From Pseudothioglobus sp. nBUS_23 (GTDB lineage: Bacteria > Pseudomonadota > Gammaproteobacteria > PS1 > Pseudothioglobaceae): a DNA stretch of 32,000 nucleotides. Each line of letters opens with the position of its first letter. Position 1 is the first letter of the stretch. The translations under genes and the position numbers were made by a program. This document shows, in pieces, positions 27,683 through 32,000 of this stretch. The stretch spans positions 240,001-272,000 of the forward strand of contig NZ_CP179200.1 in NCBI RefSeq assembly GCF_051201565.1, in the 5' to 3' direction. Under the pieces are notes generated by a model. The model did not search any database. It was not told the DNA's origin and saw nothing but the letters and a program-made list of their open reading frames with translations.

Positions 27683-28237
27683 TCATCTTATAAATCTTGT
27701 TGGGGTAACTATGCCGTCAACTGGAACATCCCAAGGCTGAGCGGTCAAGAGATCAATCTCTTGAGAGTCGAAAGCCAGCCCAAAGAGTTTTGGAACTCTA
27801 AATTTTTTTATTTTATTATGGAAGCTGAGAGTTTTGTCGTAAAAACCACCACCCATACCTAGGCGATTTTTATGTTTATCAAAACCAACAAGTGGCATAA
27901 GAATAATGTCCATTCTGTGAGCTCCTTGAAGAGGGCTAAAGATTGGTTCTTCAATACCAAATCTGTTTTTTTTGAATAATTTACCCATCTTTGCAAACTT
28001 TAGCTTTTCCCCTGCAAGTATTGGTAAATAGACAAAATACCCTTGCTTCAATAAGAATTTTATTGTGTCAGCTGTTTCGATTTCACCATCATTTGGAATA
28101 AAAATTGCTATATGCTTTGCATTTCTAAAAATGGCCCGCTTTTGGCATTGGTAAAGAAGCTGCCTGCCAAACTTTTTTCTCGAAGGCTGGTCAATCGATC
28201 TTCTGATTTTTCTGAGCTCTTTTCTTAGTTCTTTCAT
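27683..28237 (-). CDS. ygfA: 5-formyltetrahydrofolate cyclo-ligase
   Basis: MKELRKELRKIRRSI..., MGGGFYDKTL, and a DVPVDGIVT-type C-terminus. It lies immediately downstream of a 6S RNA gene, as in enterobacteria. Confidence 0.85.
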   Translation of the reverse strand: MKELRKELRKIRRSIDQPSRKKFGRQLLYQCQKRAIFRNAKHIAIFIPNDGEIETADTIKFLLKQGYFVYLPILAGEKLKFAKMGKLFKKNRFGIEEPIFSPLQGAHRMDIILMPLVGFDKHKNRLGMGGGFYDKTLSFHNKIKKFRVPKLFGLAFDSQEIDLLTAQPWDVPVDGIVTPTRFIR

Positions 28238-28311
28238 GTTTGATTATGAAGATTTTTAGTCTAATTTTAGCAGCAGAAAAAAATGAAAGAATAGATAATT
28301 CTTTGACGAAT

Positions 28312-28492
28312 AATGGGTCCGTTGTGCCGCGTTGACATGGTCCTGAACCATTCTGGTTCAAGGCGGAAGTTCGATGTTTACCGTAGGTTTCCCGCTTCAA
28401 GGCGGGCTTACACAAAAGCACCCAATCTCATCTCCTTTTCTATACTTAATCGGCTCAGGGAAATAAATCAACCACGAACACAACAGATAAAT
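28312..28492 (-). ncRNA. ssrS: 6S RNA
   Basis: The minus strand reads AUUUAUCUGUUGUGUUCGUGG...CCCUGAGCCGAU...CCUUGAACCAGAAUGGUUCAGG...GCGGCACAACGGA. This shares the CCCUGAGCCGAU block, the CCUUGAACCA/GGUUCA hairpin, and complementary 5'/3' closing-stem arms (UCUGUUGUG / CACAACGGA) with E. coli 6S. It has its own promoter and lies upstream of ygfA. Ends are approximate (+/-5 nt). Confidence 0.8.
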
Positions 28493-28494
28493 AA

Positions 28495-28523
28495 ATTATC
28501 ACCTTTTAGGGGTATGTTTGCAA
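28495..28523 (-). promoter_or_regulatory. sigma70 promoter of ssrS
   Basis: On the minus strand: TTGCAA (28523-28518)-N17-GATAAT (28500-28495). The predicted start A lies at ~28488-28492. Confidence 0.55.
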
Positions 28524-28648
28524 TGCAATTTCTTCTTTTCTATGAAATTAAGTTAGTAGCATAGAGTTCAGATATTTTCCAAATAAGGTACTTTTAAAAA
28601 CCTATTGCTATAAAATCCCTTTTTCAATTTTTTAATAGGGCTCTCTAA

Positions 28649-29236
28649 GTGACTGTATTAGCTTCAATTTTATTACTTGTTATTATTATGGATCCAATAG
28701 GCAATGTGCCTGTATTTTTAAGTATTCTTAAAAATATTCCAATGGAAAGACGAAAAATAATCATCATCAGGGAGTTGATTATTGCATTCTTAATTTTGAT
28801 GTTTTTTATGTTTGTTGGAAGGTTTCTGCTTCAACTCCTTCAAATTGCTCAGTCATCACTAGGAATTGCAGGTGGAATCATACTATTCATTATTGCCATC
28901 AGAATGATTTTTCCTGGAACCAAGCCAATGTTTAGCCATGATGAAGAATCAGAGCCTTTAGTTGTCCCCCTTGCAGTTCCAATGCTTGCTGGACCATCTG
29001 CAATCGCTGCAGTAATTTTACTAATGGCTCAAGAGCCACATAGATGGTTAGATTGGACGTTAGCTGTATTTGTAGCTAGTTTAATTTCAGGAATCATTTT
29101 GGTTTCATCAGAATCACTTGGGAGAAAGCTTGGCAATAGAGCTTTAACAGCGATTGAAAGATTAATGGGTATTTTCTTAATAATGATCTCAGTTGACTTT
29201 GTTCTAGACGGAATTAAACAGACTTTTAATATTTAA
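28649..29236 (+). CDS. MarC-family (UPF0056) integral membrane protein
   Basis: The N-terminal IIMDPIGNVPVFLSIL motif, six hydrophobic segments, and PLAVPMLAGPSAIA. GTG start. Confidence 0.8.
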   Translation: MTVLASILLLVIIMDPIGNVPVFLSILKNIPMERRKIIIIRELIIAFLILMFFMFVGRFLLQLLQIAQSSLGIAGGIILFIIAIRMIFPGTKPMFSHDEESEPLVVPLAVPMLAGPSAIAAVILLMAQEPHRWLDWTLAVFVASLISGIILVSSESLGRKLGNRALTAIERLMGIFLIMISVDFVLDGIKQTFNI

Positions 29237-29330
29237 TATTAAATTTTCAAAATTCACAATCTATTACGACCAATTCAAATTTGCTATGTAGCCCTGAAAA
29301 GACTATAATGGCGCCTTTTTTAACAATTTA

Positions 29331-30458
29331 ATGGCGAAGAATTTGGCACCTATAGTTATGAAATTTGGGGGAACGAGTCTCAGAGACGAGGATTGTCGTT
29401 CTCATGCTTTACATCATATCAAACGCTACCATGAGGCTGGTGAAAGAATTGTGGTTGTCGTTTCTGCTATGGGACGAAAAGGTGAGCCATATGCTACAGA
29501 TACTTTAGTGGCCCTTCTAAGGGATGTTGGACACAACATCAATCCTAGGGAGTTAGACCTTGTAATGAGTGTTGGCGAGACTTTAAGCTCTGCCTATTTT
29601 TCTCACCTATTAAGTCATAATGGAATGCCAGCAGAGTCTTTTAATGGAAGGCAATCTGGAATTCTGACTGATGACAATGCTGGAAATGCTGAAATTTTAG
29701 AGATTAATCCATCACGAATTGTTGAAGCGCTTGATAATGGATTTATAGCAGTAGTGGCTGGCTTTCAAGGAGTTAATGATAAGGGAGATATTCGAACTTT
29801 AGGTCGAGGTGGTAGCGATACCTCTGCAGTTGCACTTGCATCTGCACTGGGCGCTGAAAAAGTTGAAATTTTTTCTGATGTTGATGGCATAGCAAACTGT
29901 GATCCACGACAGGTTGAAGGTTCAAGTTATTTGGAGTCCATTAGTGTTAATCAGATGCTGGCTATGGCTGATGAGGGGTCTAGAGTGATTCATCCCAGAG
30001 CTATAAAGGCTTCATTAAAAACTAAAACACCTATTATTGCAAAAAACAATTTTAATGATTCTGAAGGAACTTTAATCCACCATGATGAATCAAAAAAAGA
30101 AGAGGTCGTGGCAATTGCCCATCGTGAGAGCATGGTTTTGATTGAGTTTGCTCTTGAACACAAAGCTGCGAGCCACGTCAATGGTGTTGTTAATATAGAT
30201 TCTAGAAGACTACTACTGAATGATGATGTTTATTTAAGCGACAAGTTGGCTCAGCTTGAGGAGAAGCTCGGTTTTTATAAGTTGAGTAGGCACTGGGCAA
30301 CAATTTCAGTGGTTTTCAATAATAAAGTGTCAAAAAAACCTGCTGAATTGGACTATGCGGAGTTGCTTGATGCACCAGATACGATTATTAGATATCTCCT
30401 TAAAGAACCAAAGGTTAGGGAAACCCTAAAATTCTTACATGGTAGATACACTTCATAA
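29331..30458 (+). CDS. aspartate kinase (short form)
   Basis: IVMKFGGTSL, VVVVSAMG, GRGGSDTSAVALASALGA, and VDGIANCDPR. Only ~115 aa follow the kinase domain. Confidence 0.85.
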   Translation: MAKNLAPIVMKFGGTSLRDEDCRSHALHHIKRYHEAGERIVVVVSAMGRKGEPYATDTLVALLRDVGHNINPRELDLVMSVGETLSSAYFSHLLSHNGMPAESFNGRQSGILTDDNAGNAEILEINPSRIVEALDNGFIAVVAGFQGVNDKGDIRTLGRGGSDTSAVALASALGAEKVEIFSDVDGIANCDPRQVEGSSYLESISVNQMLAMADEGSRVIHPRAIKASLKTKTPIIAKNNFNDSEGTLIHHDESKKEEVVAIAHRESMVLIEFALEHKAASHVNGVVNIDSRRLLLNDDVYLSDKLAQLEEKLGFYKLSRHWATISVVFNNKVSKKPAELDYAELLDAPDTIIRYLLKEPKVRETLKFLHGRYTS

Positions 30459-30459
30459 G

Positions 30460-30759
30460 TTAAGGTTTGTAACCAGAATTGTTTACATAACTTAGAAGTA
30501 TTTCATCAGTAAACTCTGCTTCAAGTTCTGCTGCTTTCTTCTCAACTGGCTCTCTTAAGTCCCCATCCTCAATTTCAGTGACATCATTGTGCCAATCAGT
30601 CAGGTAGGCGTCCGCATCTGTTGAGTCACCTACCGTTGCGGCAGAGTCAACGGCTTCCATAAAGCGATTATCTAGCTGAACTTTCTCAACCTCTCTTCTG
30701 CTTTTTTTTATCATCACCTGTGTGGGTATATCACGCCATTTTATTACCGTAAGCTTCAT
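30460..30759 (-). CDS. small acidic conserved hypothetical protein
   Basis: 99 aa: MKLTVIKWRDIPTQVMIKK...ADAYLTDWH... From memory it resembles the ~100-aa proteobacterial family mislabelled 'virulence factor' (YWRDIPAQV-type N-terminus); this is unverified. It is divergent from the DMGDH-family gene. Confidence 0.5.
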   Translation of the reverse strand: MKLTVIKWRDIPTQVMIKKSRREVEKVQLDNRFMEAVDSAATVGDSTDADAYLTDWHNDVTEIEDGDLREPVEKKAAELEAEFTDEILLSYVNNSGYKP

Positions 30760-30883
30760 CTAATTCTCCAAGAAAACAAAAAACAATTAATCAAATAAAT
30801 TTCGCAAAATTCTACCATTAAGTTATTGATGCAATTGCTATAATTAAAGTATATAATTCACGTTTTTTGAGTTTGGATAGGTT

Positions 30884-32000
30884 ATGAAAAATAAAGCACA
30901 AGTAGTTGTCATTGGTGGTGGTGTTGTAGGTGCAGGAACTCTCTATCATTTAGCTAAGAAAGGGTGGACTGACGTTGTTTTAGTTGAGCGTAAGGATTTA
31001 ACATCCGGATCCACTTGGCATGCAGCTGGATTACTGCCATTATTCAATATGAGCTACTCGGTCGGAAAACTTCACCAATATTCAGTCGACTTTTATCACG
31101 ATCTTGAAAAAGAAACAGGGATGAACGTTGGGTTTAGTGTTGTTTCTAATATTCGTCTTGCTAATTCTCAAGATAGAATGGATGAGTATAAATATTACTC
31201 AGGAGTTGGAAGTACTGTGGGTGTAGATGTTAAATTTCTGACCCCAGATGAAGTTAAAGAGGTTTGGCCACTTTGTAATACTGAAGGACTAGTTGGCGCA
31301 ATACAGCATCCAGACGATGGTTATATTCAACCAGCAGATTTAACCCAAGCTCTTTGCAAGGGCGCAAGAAATAGGGGTGCTGAAATATATGAGCATACTT
31401 TGGTAGAAGGCATTCAGCAGCAAAAGGATCAAAGCTGGGTTGTTTCAACTGACAAGGGCGATATTTCATGTCAACATGTTGTCTCTTGTACTGGGAGTTT
31501 TGCAAGAAAAACAGGAGAGATGGTTGGCCTTGATGTTCCTGTCATTCCAGTTGAACACCAATTCTTAGTTACAGAGCAGCACCCAGAAATCATGGAAAGA
31601 AAAAAACAAGGTTTGCCTGAAATGGCCGTTCTTCGTGAATCTGATTCAGCATATTACTTGCGAGAAGAGGCTGGAGGAATGATTCTGGGTATTTATGAAA
31701 AAGGAGCGCCAGCGTGTTATGTTGATGGTCCAAGTAAAGATTGCCAATATGAATTATTTAATGGCGAATTGGACCGCATTATGCCGCATATTGATCGCTG
31801 CATTAGTCGAGTGCCCGCCTTTGGAGAGGTTGGAATCAAAGATATCTATAATGGTGCTATCGCATACACCCCAGATGGTAATCCAATAGTTGGTCCAGCG
31901 CCTGGCTTAAAGAATTTCTGGCTTAACGAAGGCCATAGTTTTGGAATAACTGCCGCTGGCGGTGCTGGTTGGCAATTAGCTGAGTGGATTGTTGACGGAG
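30884..32000 (+). CDS. dimethylglycine/sarcosine dehydrogenase family flavoprotein, 3'-partial (runs off window)
   Basis: Absent from the ORF track because there is no stop. I translated it by hand without stops to nt 32000: MKNKAQVVVIGGGVVGAGTLYHLAKKGWTDVVLVERKDLTSGSTWHAAGLLPLFN...PVIPVEHQFLVTE...GHSFGITAAGGAGWQLAEWIVDG. Track ORFs 31254..31505(-) and 31695..31889(+) lie inside it. Confidence 0.88.
   Translation, partial: MKNKAQVVVIGGGVVGAGTLYHLAKKGWTDVVLVERKDLTSGSTWHAAGLLPLFNMSYSVGKLHQYSVDFYHDLEKETGMNVGFSVVSNIRLANSQDRMDEYKYYSGVGSTVGVDVKFLTPDEVKEVWPLCNTEGLVGAIQHPDDGYIQPADLTQALCKGARNRGAEIYEHTLVEGIQQQKDQSWVVSTDKGDISCQHVVSCTGSFARKTGEMVGLDVPVIPVEHQFLVTEQHPEIMERKKQGLPEMAVLRESDSAYYLREEAGGMILGIYEKGAPACYVDGPSKDCQYELFNGELDRIMPHIDRCISRVPAFGEVGIKDIYNGAIAYTPDGNPIVGPAPGLKNFWLNEGHSFGITAAGGAGWQLAEWIVDG

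Noticed and set aside
28191-28564. Two overlapping hypothetical ORFs (76 aa on the minus strand, 83 aa on the plus strand).
   Set aside because: They cover the 6S RNA gene and its promoter. They have no RBS and show composition typical of structured RNA.
31254-31889. Track ORFs 31254..31505 (-) and 31695..31889 (+).
   Set aside because: Both lie inside the long open frame of the second DMGDH-family gene and have no independent support.

Overview
The window reads as a compact, AT-rich chromosome segment (roughly high-30s % GC, judged by eye) of a marine-type Gammaproteobacterium. The assignment rests on ssrS-ygfA linkage, acnB, lptB, dgkA, pmbA and glnK-amtB. I call 36 protein genes, one tRNA-Ser(UGA) and one 6S RNA. 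I found no transposase, integrase, prophage, CRISPR array or obvious defence genes. Intergenic space is minimal, and several convergent gene pairs overlap at their stop codons.

The left 8.4 kb looks accessory and is the most interesting part. It holds a 5'-truncated PhyH-family dioxygenase, a gamma-butyrobetaine-hydroxylase/TmpA-like 2OG dioxygenase, and a translationally coupled PhnZ/TmpB-type HD-domain protein carrying a six-ligand diiron pattern. A tandem pair of type II dehydroquinase genes follows, and the first copy has lost the catalytic residues. Convergent to these is an operon of a DMGDH-family flavoenzyme plus a non-pyrrolysine MttB-family methyltransferase, under a divergent LysR regulator. 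Read together, this could be a route from a quaternary aminophosphonate via glycine betaine and dimethylglycine to sarcosine. That reading is inference only.

The rest is housekeeping: glnK-amtB, rpmBG, acnB, purB, rpsP-rimM, sulP, truA, dgkA, birA, lptB, tsaD, hisA, rnfH, corC, pmbA, a ubiH-family gene, ygfA, marC-family, and aspartokinase. A second DMGDH-family gene runs off the right edge and is absent from the ORF track.

Smaller oddities seen directly in the sequence:
- GlnK has Phe instead of the Tyr51 uridylylation site.
- A HAD-family protein lacks both motif-I aspartates.
- BirA has GYGQHGR in place of the GRGRRGR loop.
- S16 carries a ~110-aa Ala/Glu/Pro repeat tail.
- Two genes have conserved N-terminal coding sequence upstream of any ATG/GTG/TTG, with possible ATC starts.

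All family assignments come from motif recognition by eye; no database search was run.
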